Both the position numbers and the translations under genes were made by a program. The notes under the pieces are model-generated. The model was not told the DNA's origin. It ran no database searches and saw only the letters and a program-made list of their open reading frames with translations. 64,000 bases of DNA. Origin: a virus. The stretch spans positions 10,261 to 74,260 of IMG/VR virus record IMGVR_UViG_3300050821_011467; one strand, 5' to 3'. Every line of letters starts with the position of its first letter. Position 1 is the first letter of the stretch. This document shows positions 19,143 through 27,070 of the stretch, in pieces.

Positions 19143-20741
19143 ATGAGCGGGCTCGGCACCGGCTACACCAACGGCCGCGACAAATCCGGCAACGGCTTTC
19201 ACCACCCGTCGGGGATTGACCCGCTACCGGTGGGGATGATCCCGGCGAACGATCACCTCGAGCAGCAGCTGCTCGCCGCGCTCCTCAACGACAACCAGCG
19301 AGTCGCTGATGTCGGCAAGCTCAAGCCCGAGCACTTTGGACTCGCCGTGCATGGCCGCATCTTTGAGTTGATCCGCTATCTGGTCGACGACGACCTGCCG
19401 GCCGCCCCCCAAACCATGAGCTACATGGTCAAGGACGATATCGCGCTCGCCGACCGGGTCGATTATCTCGGCTCGCTCGCCCGTTCATCGATTTCCTACA
19501 CTTCGCACGCGGTCACTCACTACGCCCGCGAGCTTATTAACCTCCATTATGCGCGTCTCCTGGCAGGGATCAGCACCGACGCGCCGGCCATTCTGGCTGG
19601 CAATGTCAAACAGCCCAGCATGACGCCGCGACTCGAAGCCATGCGCAGCGAGTACGAGAACATCTTTCGTGACTGGCGTCAGGATGTTCCCGCAGCCGAG
19701 ATCGAGCCTGTCCTGTCCCTGGCCGATTGGCTCGAACAGCCCATTCCCGAGCCCGATTTCTTGTTGGGCGAGCTGATCTCGACAACCTCCCGCATGATGC
19801 TGATCGGACCCACTGGCCTGGGCAAGACCAATGTCCTGATGGCAATGGGAATGGCAATCTCGCTCGGCAGTTCGTTTCTGCATTGGAAAGGCTGTGGGCG
19901 AGCTCGTAAGGTGTTGTTTATCGACGGCGAAATGTCCAAGCGCCAATTAAAGAAACGCCTCAACGACGCCATTGGCCGTGCCGGGTTCTTCCCCGACACA
20001 TTTTATGTCCTCAGTGCCGAGGACGCCAATGTCCCGCTGTTGCTCGACACGGCCGAAGGGCAGCAGCTTATCGACCATCACATCGAGCGGCTTGGCGGTG
20101 TCGACCTGATAATTTTCGACAATATCAATTGCCTGTTTAGCCGTGACGACAGCTTTGGCGCCGACAGCTGGGCCGCCGGCCAAACTTGGCGGCTCGACCT
20201 GACCCGCCGCGGCATCGGGCAAATCTACGCCCATCACACAGGCCAGGATGAAACCCACGGCTACGGCACCAAGACCCGCGAGTGGGCGCTCGACACCGTC
20301 GGCATCATGGAAAAGCTCGAAGACGCGGCCCTGGTCGCCTTCAGCCTTAAATTCGCCAAGGCCCGCGAGCGCGGACCCGACAACTTCGCCGACTTCGAGG
20401 ACGCCAAGATCACCCTGGCAGATGACCGATGGGCCTATGAGCGTGGGGATGATGAGGGTATCGTTAATCGGACCCGGGGCCGACCGAGCAAGCTCGAAGA
20501 CATTGCGCTGCGAGCGCTTGATGACGCTCTTGCTAGCCCGCTCGCTGCCCCTCACCCCCATCCCAAGATCCAGGGCAAGCTTTGCGTTACCCGTGATCTC
20601 TGGTGTCGGCATTTCAAGCAAATCTATGTCGGCGATGCCGATGAAAAGTCAGTCCTGCGGGCCTTTCGGATGTACGCCAACAAGTTGCAGGCCGCGAACC
20701 GCGTTGGACACTTGGAGGGCTTTGTATGGGTGAACAAATAG
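19143..20741 (+). CDS. replication helicase: DnaB-like N-terminal domain plus RepA/AAA_25 RecA-fold ATPase
   Basis: LEQQLLAALL...KPEHF..AVHGRIF (DnaB_N); Walker A GPTGLGKT; FIDGEM; IIFDNI; AHHTG. Confidence 0.85.
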   Translation: MSGLGTGYTNGRDKSGNGFHHPSGIDPLPVGMIPANDHLEQQLLAALLNDNQRVADVGKLKPEHFGLAVHGRIFELIRYLVDDDLPAAPQTMSYMVKDDIALADRVDYLGSLARSSISYTSHAVTHYARELINLHYARLLAGISTDAPAILAGNVKQPSMTPRLEAMRSEYENIFRDWRQDVPAAEIEPVLSLADWLEQPIPEPDFLLGELISTTSRMMLIGPTGLGKTNVLMAMGMAISLGSSFLHWKGCGRARKVLFIDGEMSKRQLKKRLNDAIGRAGFFPDTFYVLSAEDANVPLLLDTAEGQQLIDHHIERLGGVDLIIFDNINCLFSRDDSFGADSWAAGQTWRLDLTRRGIGQIYAHHTGQDETHGYGTKTREWALDTVGIMEKLEDAALVAFSLKFAKARERGPDNFADFEDAKITLADDRWAYERGDDEGIVNRTRGRPSKLEDIALRALDDALASPLAAPHPHPKIQGKLCVTRDLWCRHFKQIYVGDADEKSVLRAFRMYANKLQAANRVGHLEGFVWVNK

Positions 20742-20744
20742 GGG

Positions 20745-20873
20745 GCGGAAAAAAAGGAAAAAATTCTTTCCGGAATAAATTCCGCATGCGGAAAAAAACC
20801 TCCTCTAAAGAGGAGAGGTTTTTTTTCCGCTGGTGATGCCCGGAATAAATTCCGCTGCCGGATTTTTTTCCGC
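20745..20873. repeat. nested inverted and direct repeats, candidate replication origin
   Basis: CCGGAATAAATTCCGC at 20770 and 20840; GCGGAAAAAAACCTC...GAGGTTTTTTTTCCGC stem 20788-20830; outer GCGGAAAAAA/TTTTTTCCGC. Confidence 0.6.
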
Positions 20874-20908
20874 TTTTGCATATCGTAGGTTGAATAAAGG
20901 AATGAGCC

Positions 20909-21166
20909 ATGGCAACGAAGGAATTTGAGAGACGCGCCTGCGATCGATGTGGGCACGAAGTCGAAATTCAAGGAGCGAGCACCACAACCCGCAACCCGCC
21001 AGGTGGGTGGGCCACGCTCCTAGCGCTGGAGGTTGTCCCGAACACGAACGTGCGGAGGCTGATCATTGGGCGGGTGACAAGTCGCGGTGACCACGACGGA
21101 ATCGATCTCTGCCCCGATTGCGCGGGGATCTTAAAAGACTGGTGGGGTGGGCGGGGCGTTTCATGA
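20909..21166 (+). CDS. small zinc-ribbon protein
   Basis: CDRC and CPDC pairs. Confidence 0.6.
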   Translation: MATKEFERRACDRCGHEVEIQGASTTTRNPPGGWATLLALEVVPNTNVRRLIIGRVTSRGDHDGIDLCPDCAGILKDWWGGRGVS

Positions 21167-21213
21167 CCCCCCATCCTTGCCAAATTTGACGCGTCTCGCG
21201 TGAGGAGAAATCG

Positions 21214-21447
21214 ATGAGCCGCTGGACCGAGTTCGTCCGCCACCTGCCGGTCGCCCGGCCGGGTGAGGCGATCGACTTTGTCATCTGCGTTCCGTGCGGC
21301 GATGGGCACCCGCTGATCTTGCTCGACAACGAGATCGCCGATTGCTGCAAGTGCGGCATCCGCGTCCAATTCCGCCCCGAGTGTCCGCCAGCCCCAAAGG
21401 TCTGCGTCGGGTGCGCTGTGGCGATCGCGAAGGAGCAGGGGCTGTGA
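21214..21447 (+). CDS. small Cys-rich protein
   Basis: GAGGAG RBS; CCKCG, CVGC. Confidence 0.55.
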   Translation: MSRWTEFVRHLPVARPGEAIDFVICVPCGDGHPLILLDNEIADCCKCGIRVQFRPECPPAPKVCVGCAVAIAKEQGL

Positions 21448-21520
21448 AAATCGAGGCCAAAAATCTGCGGGTGCGCTATCGCGGCGGCACACCGGGTCTG
21501 CCCTGAAAGGACAACTTTTA

Positions 21521-21814
21521 ATGTTCAACGTCGAAATGAATGCCGCCCAGCTAATCGTGCACCTCAACGAGCCGATGATTGCCGCGACGGCGCTGGTCGC
21601 CGGCACAAGCACCTTGATCGCGCTCAATTTGCGTCGGCTGCGGCCCTACCTGCAATGCGCCGCAGTGGTGGCACTAATGCTGGCAAACGGCGCGATGATG
21701 GCGCTTTTTGTGCGAACCGCACAACTCAACGATACTCGCGCTTACGCTGAGGCGAAGGCGCATCATCCCGAGCTCTTGCGCTATTGGCACCCAGATATCG
21801 AGACTGTCGAATGA
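21521..21814 (+). CDS. small membrane protein
   Basis: AAAGGA RBS; two hydrophobic segments. Confidence 0.5.
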   Translation: MFNVEMNAAQLIVHLNEPMIAATALVAGTSTLIALNLRRLRPYLQCAAVVALMLANGAMMALFVRTAQLNDTRAYAEAKAHHPELLRYWHPDIETVE

Positions 21815-22221
21815 TCTCGATTGCCGAGGCGGCGGCTCCGGTGATCGACAACCTGCGCCGCGTCGTCGAGCTGCGCGAATTAATCGAGGCGCTCGACCGG
21901 GGTGCAGGGCCAGCGGGGATGCCGGTGCGGCGCTGGCACAATCTGCTCGACGACAGCGCGATGTTTTTTGCCGATGATCCGGGCTGGGGCTTGTTGGCCT
22001 TGGACCTTGGCTGGACCCCCCGCCAGCTGCTCGGTGCCAATCGCACCAAGCCCTATGCCCGGATCGACCAGCAGGGTCTGCTGTGGTTGGTCGCGGGCAA
22101 CCACATCGAATATCTCGACGAGGCTGGTTGCGTGCTGATCACCCGCTCGAACTCGTTTCTGACGTACCGGGCTCGACCGCACCCGCTCGAGGAAATTTGT
22201 ATGCCGTGGGAATTCACATGA
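21811..22221 (+). CDS. hypothetical phage protein
   Basis: ALDLGWTPRQLLG...YARIDQQGLLWL; ATGA coupling. Confidence 0.6.
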   Translation: MISIAEAAAPVIDNLRRVVELRELIEALDRGAGPAGMPVRRWHNLLDDSAMFFADDPGWGLLALDLGWTPRQLLGANRTKPYARIDQQGLLWLVAGNHIEYLDEAGCVLITRSNSFLTYRARPHPLEEICMPWEFT

Positions 22222-22469
22222 TCGGCACATCGAAAACCCGCGAGATCATCGCGATCGTCGAGCAGATCAAGCCGCTGCTGGCCGGGCAAAAGCCCGAGGT
22301 CATTGCCGCCGTCCTCGCCGACCTGATGGCGATCCTGCTAGCCGGGCATTACGCCGAGGGCGACGAAAACGAGACCCGTAAAATGCGCGCCGAATTGTTG
22401 GCGATGCACTGTGCCAAGGTCCGCGAGCTGACGAGGATCAACGCCGAGATCATGGGAACCACGCCATGA
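22218..22469 (+). CDS. hypothetical protein
   Basis: ATGA coupled. Confidence 0.55.
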   Translation: MIGTSKTREIIAIVEQIKPLLAGQKPEVIAAVLADLMAILLAGHYAEGDENETRKMRAELLAMHCAKVRELTRINAEIMGTTP

Positions 22470-22741
22470 GGGAGAAGCCGATGCTCAAACGCGCGACGAT
22501 CCGCCCGGCCCAGCCTCGCCCAAAGGTGCACGAAATTGGCGTCGGCGCGCATGTCATCGCCGCGGTACATGGCGACGGCAAGCTGCGCATCAACTGGCCC
22601 CAGGTTGAGGCTCTGGCTAGCGAGGCGGTTCCCCCTGCGAGTTTTGACATCATGCTCGACAGCGTGGCCGCGGCGCGAGTGCTCGCTCGCCTGCTGATCG
22701 TCGCCCGCAGCTCCGCGCAAGACGGATTAAATGCCCGCTAA
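22466..22741 (+). CDS. hypothetical protein
   Basis: ATGA coupled; last gene before the repeat array. Confidence 0.5.
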   Translation: MREKPMLKRATIRPAQPRPKVHEIGVGAHVIAAVHGDGKLRINWPQVEALASEAVPPASFDIMLDSVAAARVLARLLIVARSSAQDGLNAR

Positions 22742-22840
22742 GGCCGATTTGCCGGCCGCTGAGTGGCCTTGGCACCGGTGGTCGTGTGGGGGTTCCCCGT
22801 CCGGGCGAGAAACGCGCCCCACGGGCTCCGTAGGGGTTTC

Positions 22841-23394
22841 GAGCGAGCCATGAAGGTCGAGAGCACCATTTGAGGAGAGCGAGCCACTACAAGCGAGAGC
22901 ACCAGAACGTCGGAGCGATCCACATTCCGCGAGAGCACCAAAGATCGAGAGCGAGCGCGAGCCACTGAGTGAGAGAGTACCAAAGGCGTTGAGCGAGCCA
23001 AGGTCAATGAGAGCACCACATTCGGCGAGCGAGCCAGAATTGCTGAGAGCGCCATAATCGAGGAGCGAGCCACACCGCGGGAGAGCACCAAAAAGGCCGA
23101 GCGAGCCACGTTTGGTGAGAGCACCACAGAGGACGAGCGAGCCAGGAGGTCCGAGAGTACCAGGGGCCCAGAGCGAGCCAAAACGGAGGAGAGCACCAGG
23201 GGGCGTGAGCGAGCCATAACGGCAGAGAGCACCATGGTAATTGAGCGAGCCACTGAAGGTGAGAGCACCACTGAAGGAGGAGCGAGCCACGCGCCAGGAG
23301 AGCACCACGGAATTTGAGCGAGCCAAAGCGTACGAGAGCACCAGTGTCGTAGAGCGAGCCATAACGGCAGAGAGCACCATAAAAGCAGAGCGAG
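22841..23394 (+). ncRNA. TIGR-type dual-repeat guide-RNA array, 15 units of 36 bp
   Basis: Strict alternation GAGCGAGCCA-N8-GAGAGCACCA-N8 with variable 8-mers; one 6-bp repeat duplication (22949-22964) and one 9-nt spacer (23271-23279). Confidence 0.9.
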
Positions 23395-23401
23395 GAAAAA
23401 G

Positions 23402-24199
23402 ATGGCCAACATAGATCTTGAGCCGGTAAGGCGACTGAGTCGCGATATTCGCCAGGCGGCGCTGGTATTGGGCGACGAAGAAGCCCGCTACCTATGTGAT
23501 GCTTATTACATCATGCAGGACGACAGAAAGCGGACGTTCGCGCAGCAACGCACGCTCGGCGAGAACGCCGAGCCCAATCTCGTGATAGGATGGCTGGCCG
23601 ATCAATCGGCGACACTGGAAACTCAAATCAAGTCGGCATTGGATGTCTATACCAAAGGCCACGAAATGGGTTCTTGGATGCGGTCGATCTATGGCGTGGG
23701 GCCCGTGATCAGCGCCGGCCTGTTGGCGCATATCGACATTGAGAAATGTCCGACCGTGGGTCACATCTGGCAATTCGCCGGCATTGCCGGGGCTGGTCAA
23801 AAGCCCTGGGACAGGGGCACCAAGCGCCCCTTCAACGCCCAGCTCAAAACTTTATGCTGGAAGGCCGGGCAGTCGTTCATGAAGTTCTCCAATCAGGAGG
23901 AGTGCGTTTACGGGCGCCACTATCGAGAGCAAAAAGCCAAATACATTGCCAAGAATGATGCTGACGGCTTCCGCGATCGTGCATTAGAACGCGCCCCCAA
24001 GGTCGGCAAGACCACAGAAGCCTTTAAGCATTACAGCATCGGCAAGTTGCCGCCCGGCCATATCGACGCAATGGCTCGGCGCTGGGCTGTAAAGCTGTTC
24101 CTCGCGCATCTGCACAGTGAATGGCACCAGCGGCATTTTGGCAGGCCCGCGCCGCTACCGTATCCGATCGCCGTTCTTGGGCACGCCCATATAATCTAG
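23402..24199 (+). CDS. tasA: TasA-like Nop/IS110-C-terminal-domain RNA-guided DNA-binding protein with no nuclease domain
   Basis: Helical N-half, then SIYGVGPVISAGLLAHIDI...TVGHIWQFAGI and GHIDAMARRWAVKLFLAHL as in the IS110 Transposase_20/Nop fold; no DEDD RuvC, no HNH, no catalytic SG; embedded in the array. Confidence 0.85.
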   Translation: MANIDLEPVRRLSRDIRQAALVLGDEEARYLCDAYYIMQDDRKRTFAQQRTLGENAEPNLVIGWLADQSATLETQIKSALDVYTKGHEMGSWMRSIYGVGPVISAGLLAHIDIEKCPTVGHIWQFAGIAGAGQKPWDRGTKRPFNAQLKTLCWKAGQSFMKFSNQEECVYGRHYREQKAKYIAKNDADGFRDRALERAPKVGKTTEAFKHYSIGKLPPGHIDAMARRWAVKLFLAHLHSEWHQRHFGRPAPLPYPIAVLGHAHII

Positions 24200-24378
24200 C
24201 CAAATGGAGAGCACCAAAACGCACGAGCGAGCCACTACAACAGAGAGTACCAGGGGGCGTGAGCGAGCCACGCCGCAGGAGAGCACCACGGGATCTGAGC
24301 GAGCCAAGGGGTGGGAGAGCACCATTGGTCATGAGCGAGCCAAGGTTTGAGAGAGCACCAGAAACCCCGAGCGAGCCA
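24198..24378 (+). ncRNA. second part of the TIGR-type array, 4 full units plus a partial unit
   Basis: The same two 10-bp repeats with 8-nt spacers resume directly at the stop codon. Confidence 0.88.
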
Positions 24379-24402
24379 GCGCCCTATCGAGAACATGGGG
24401 AA

Positions 24403-24603
24403 ATGACGACCGAAAACGATGATCTAGCGTGGACAGAAGTTGCTCGTTTCTACCTCTACGAGGCGAGCATAACCGATGATTTCGACGAAAGGCGGAAGTT
24501 ACAGAAAAAAGCTGAATCCGCCTTGAGGAGATGCCTGAATCCCGAGACGGTTAGGATGCAGCTTACGGGAACTGTATATCGTGACGATATTCCACAGGAT
24601 TGA
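24403..24603 (+). CDS. hypothetical protein
   Basis: MTTENDDLAWTEVARF..., 66 aa directly after the array. Confidence 0.5.
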   Translation: MTTENDDLAWTEVARFYLYEASITDDFDERRKLQKKAESALRRCLNPETVRMQLTGTVYRDDIPQD

Positions 24604-24624
24604 CGCGGAATATTTTGCGGGTTA

Positions 24625-25197
24625 GTGGCTGCGGGTGTGACCCGCCGTCGCCTAAAAGCCCGCCGCGACCGCCGCGGGCGCCCCCGTAAAGCCACCGCCC
24701 GGCATCGTGCGACAACCGTTGCCGGCCGCGCCGCGCCGCCCGATCTGGGCACCGATGAGCTGCGGCGTCATCGGCTCGCCGCAACCACGCAGAGTGGACT
24801 GCCCGACGACCTGTTGGGCGTGCTCTATGGGCGCGCGGTCATCGATCTCGAGCAATACACCGCCGGCCGCGACTTTTCCGATGTCGTGCGTCTGGTGCGC
24901 CTCGGGCTCGGGCTGACCGAGGCCTCGCCGGCGGGGGCCTGGCGCAATATCCTCAGTGCCGCCAGCGCCGGCCGTGCCACGATTGTCGATGTGGCCTATC
25001 CCGGTGCCGACAGCGCGCGGCGCGCACTGATCCGCTTTCGCCGCGAACTCGGGCGGGCTAGCTGGGCCGCGGTCAATGCCGCTGCCGACAATATTTGGCC
25101 GATCGGTGAGTTTCCGCGGTTTGTGATGAATTTGCGGCCGGGGCTGGATTATCTTGCGGTGCGGTTGCCGCTGTCGAGCCGGCGGGTGGCGCGTTAA
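24625..25197 (+). CDS. DUF6456-like alphaproteobacterial phage protein
   Basis: LGVLYGRAVIDLEQYTAGRDF motif; last gene of the rightward early operon. Confidence 0.45.
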   Translation: MAAGVTRRRLKARRDRRGRPRKATARHRATTVAGRAAPPDLGTDELRRHRLAATTQSGLPDDLLGVLYGRAVIDLEQYTAGRDFSDVVRLVRLGLGLTEASPAGAWRNILSAASAGRATIVDVAYPGADSARRALIRFRRELGRASWAAVNAAADNIWPIGEFPRFVMNLRPGLDYLAVRLPLSSRRVAR

Positions 25198-25373
25198 ACT
25201 TCTATCAAAATAATAATATTTATTATCGAGCTTCGTGAATATTATTATTTTTTATCGGCGTAATTGTAAATTTTGCTTGACGCCCACAAGATATGCCTAA
25301 CTATGCGAATTAAAGGAGAATGCGGCGGCGTGCCTCCGCAGCTCCCTCAGCCGATAATCAGCTTAACGATCGC

Positions 25374-25595
25374 TCACGGCTTGCCTCCGGTGAACCCGCG
25401 CATGCCGTGGCGCATGGTTCCGTCAGGCTCGTGGTCTTCGTAGGCAGTTTCCATAGCCTCGATCTCGGCCTTGTGGTCGGCGTCGATGGCGGCAAATGCC
25501 TGGTTGATTTCGCGGATGACGGCGGCCCGCAAGGGCACATAGTCACCGCGGCTCTCGCTGACCGCGATATGCCAGATTTGCTCACCCAAGGTCAC
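25374..25595 (-). CDS. hypothetical small protein
   Basis: GTG start overlapping the upstream TGA; VTLGEQIWHIAV...GGKP. Confidence 0.45.
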   Translation of the reverse strand: MTLGEQIWHIAVSESRGDYVPLRAAVIREINQAFAAIDADHKAEIEAMETAYEDHEPDGTMRHGMRGFTGGKP

Positions 25596-25789
25596 GGCAG
25601 GCTGTCCCTGGCTGAGCGGCGGATGTAGAGCGGCACCTGGCGCCACAGCACCGTGGCGTCGAGTGACCGATCGGCCGCGCCCATGCGCCAGGCGCGCAGC
25701 TTGCGGGCGCCGCGTCTGGTGGGTTCGATGACATAGGTCTGGGCGCTGGCAATGTCGGTAACCATCAGCCAGGGCAGGGGCGTCGTCAC
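25592..25789 (-). CDS. hypothetical small protein
   Basis: GTG start inside the junction repeat. Confidence 0.5.
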   Translation of the reverse strand: MTTPLPWLMVTDIASAQTYVIEPTRRGARKLRAWRMGAADRSLDATVLWRQVPLYIRRSARDSLP

Positions 25790-25959
25790 GGCCGTCCTCC
25801 ATCGCGCCGTAGCCTCAGATGGATAAAAATGTTGTCGGCGCTCCTATGCATTCCGGCATCAGTCAGGGTCGTCGCTGCCTGTCGTAGGACTGCGGGCGAA
25901 TACTGATATTTGTTTGGGTCGTCAGCGATCTCTGTTGCTTCCCGCAGTTCCTTCGTCAC
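25786..25959 (-). CDS. hypothetical small protein (57 aa)
   Basis: Hand translation MTKELREATEIADDPNKYQYSPAVLRQAATTLTDAGMHRSADNIFIHLRLRRDGGRP; bounded by junction repeats. Confidence 0.55.
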   Translation of the reverse strand: MTKELREATEIADDPNKYQYSPAVLRQAATTLTDAGMHRSADNIFIHLRLRRDGGRP

Positions 25960-26141
25960 GGCCGGCCTCCATCGCGCAGCTCGCCGTCCCCTTCAAAGGA
26001 CCGGGCCAAGATGTCGCGCTCTAGCAGCAGCACATATCCGCCGTTCGCTTGGGCGTCGTCGCTCGCACGCTTAAACGAGCGATAGAGGCCGAAAGCTCTA
26101 GGATTCGTCTTCTCGTCAGTGATGACGATATAGTTCGTCAC
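25956..26141 (-). CDS. hypothetical small protein
   Basis: Bounded by junction repeats; ends LRDGGRP. Confidence 0.55.
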   Translation of the reverse strand: MTNYIVITDEKTNPRAFGLYRSFKRASDDAQANGGYVLLLERDILARSFEGDGELRDGGRP

Positions 26142-26356
26142 GGCCGGCCGCCATCGCGCAGGCATTCGTCATGCAGCCGCACCAGGGTCTGCTTGTCGCA
26201 GCTACCAAAGGCGCATTTCTTCTGCTCGTCGTAGTAGAGCCGGCAGCTGTAGGGTGGTGGCTGCTCGGATGCGGCGACCTGCGTCGGCTGATAGTGTGGC
26301 TTGGGCGGCGCCTCGGCGCAGGCCACTAGGGCCAGCGCCAGGATCAGGGGTTTCAT
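26138..26356 (-). CDS. small lipoprotein
   Basis: MKPLILALALVA-C lipobox; four further Cys; ends LRDGGRP. Confidence 0.65.
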   Translation of the reverse strand: MKPLILALALVACAEAPPKPHYQPTQVAASEQPPPYSCRLYYDEQKKCAFGSCDKQTLVRLHDECLRDGGRP

Positions 26357-26763
26357 CGTGATGCAGCTTTTTGAGCGGCACGCCAGATGTATTTGGCGTC
26401 CTTGTGGCGGTTTCGTACTTTACAGTACTGGCTAAGGAGTAATGCGCCTAATAACCAAAGAAGGATGGTAAGCGGGAAAAAGACGAACAAGGCGAAGATA
26501 CCCGCCCCAAAAAGTGCCAATGACATTGGAATTACAAATATCAAGCTTAACAGTCCGCTTACAAGGCCAAACCGATTGCGCTTGTAATTGCGGTTTGCTT
26601 GAGCAAGAGCGACCGCGGATGCAACGTCAAGACGGGGTGGCGAGGGTGATGCGGTTGATTGAGTATTGGTCCGTCGCCTGATTGTCGTCGGCGGGAGGGT
26701 GAAATAGCGGGTCGTCCTTTGGAAGGGAATGGCCGGAACTGCCGGCGTCTTGAGTGTGTTCAT
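26353..26763 (-). CDS. membrane protein
   Basis: Two long TM segments; lower GC; start uncertain. Confidence 0.5.
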   Translation of the reverse strand: MNTLKTPAVPAIPFQRTTRYFTLPPTTIRRRTNTQSTASPSPPRLDVASAVALAQANRNYKRNRFGLVSGLLSLIFVIPMSLALFGAGIFALFVFFPLTILLWLLGALLLSQYCKVRNRHKDAKYIWRAAQKAASR

Positions 26764-26851
26764 TCGAATTTGCTCCGTATGTCATTTACCGTCGTCTCGA
26801 TGCGATCGAGACGCCCGTCCATAGCGATAAGCCGCTCCTCGACCGCGGAGT

Positions 26852-27070
26852 TTAGACGGCGATGTAGAGCAGCAGTTCTTCGGCACCAAAAACCTGCTCG
26901 GCGCCGCAACTCTCGCAGGTGTAGTTGCAGGCATCGGGTTCGACGCCGTCGACGTCGGTGCCGCAGTTCAAGCAAAAGCCTGGATTGTCGAGGCTCACCA
27001 TCTCGCGTTCGACCGCCTCGACGATGCGATCCTCGGTGAGCGACGGGTGCCACAGTTTGCGTGCGATCAT
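26852..27070 (-). CDS. small zinc-ribbon phage protein
   Basis: GFCLNCG...GVEPDACNYTCESCG...VFGAEELL. Confidence 0.7.
   Translation of the reverse strand: MIARKLWHPSLTEDRIVEAVEREMVSLDNPGFCLNCGTDVDGVEPDACNYTCESCGAEQVFGAEELLLYIAV

Larger units (their letters stand above)
25374..26161 (-). repeat. repeated ~27-bp gene-junction element (RBS plus overlapping stop/start)
   Basis: Minus-strand GCGCGATGG(A/C)GG(A/C)CGGCCGTGACGA at 25783-25807, 25952-25979, 26134-26161; partial copies at 25374 and 25592. Confidence 0.8.

Noticed and set aside
18413-19159. 248-aa minus-strand ORF
   Set aside because: The N-terminal part runs through AT-rich regulatory-looking DNA; only the last ~120 codons might be coding and I cannot assign a start or family
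22727-23412. Minus-strand ORFs 22727..23380 and 22738..23412 (also 24024..24332)
   Set aside because: 12-aa periodicity (VLS...ARS) is just the 36-bp repeat read in stop-free frames, antisense to the operon
23402-24199. Active IS110 transposase / insertion sequence
   Set aside because: Lacks the N-terminal DEDD RuvC domain and the catalytic SG motif; flanked by a multi-unit array rather than IS ends
22833-24368. GGGGTTTC before the array and GAAACCCC as the last spacer as terminal inverted repeats
   Set aside because: Only 8 bp and does not extend; cannot be told from chance
22841-24378. CRISPR array
   Set aside because: Two alternating 10-bp repeats with 8-nt spacers, no palindromic 23-47-bp repeat and no cas genes
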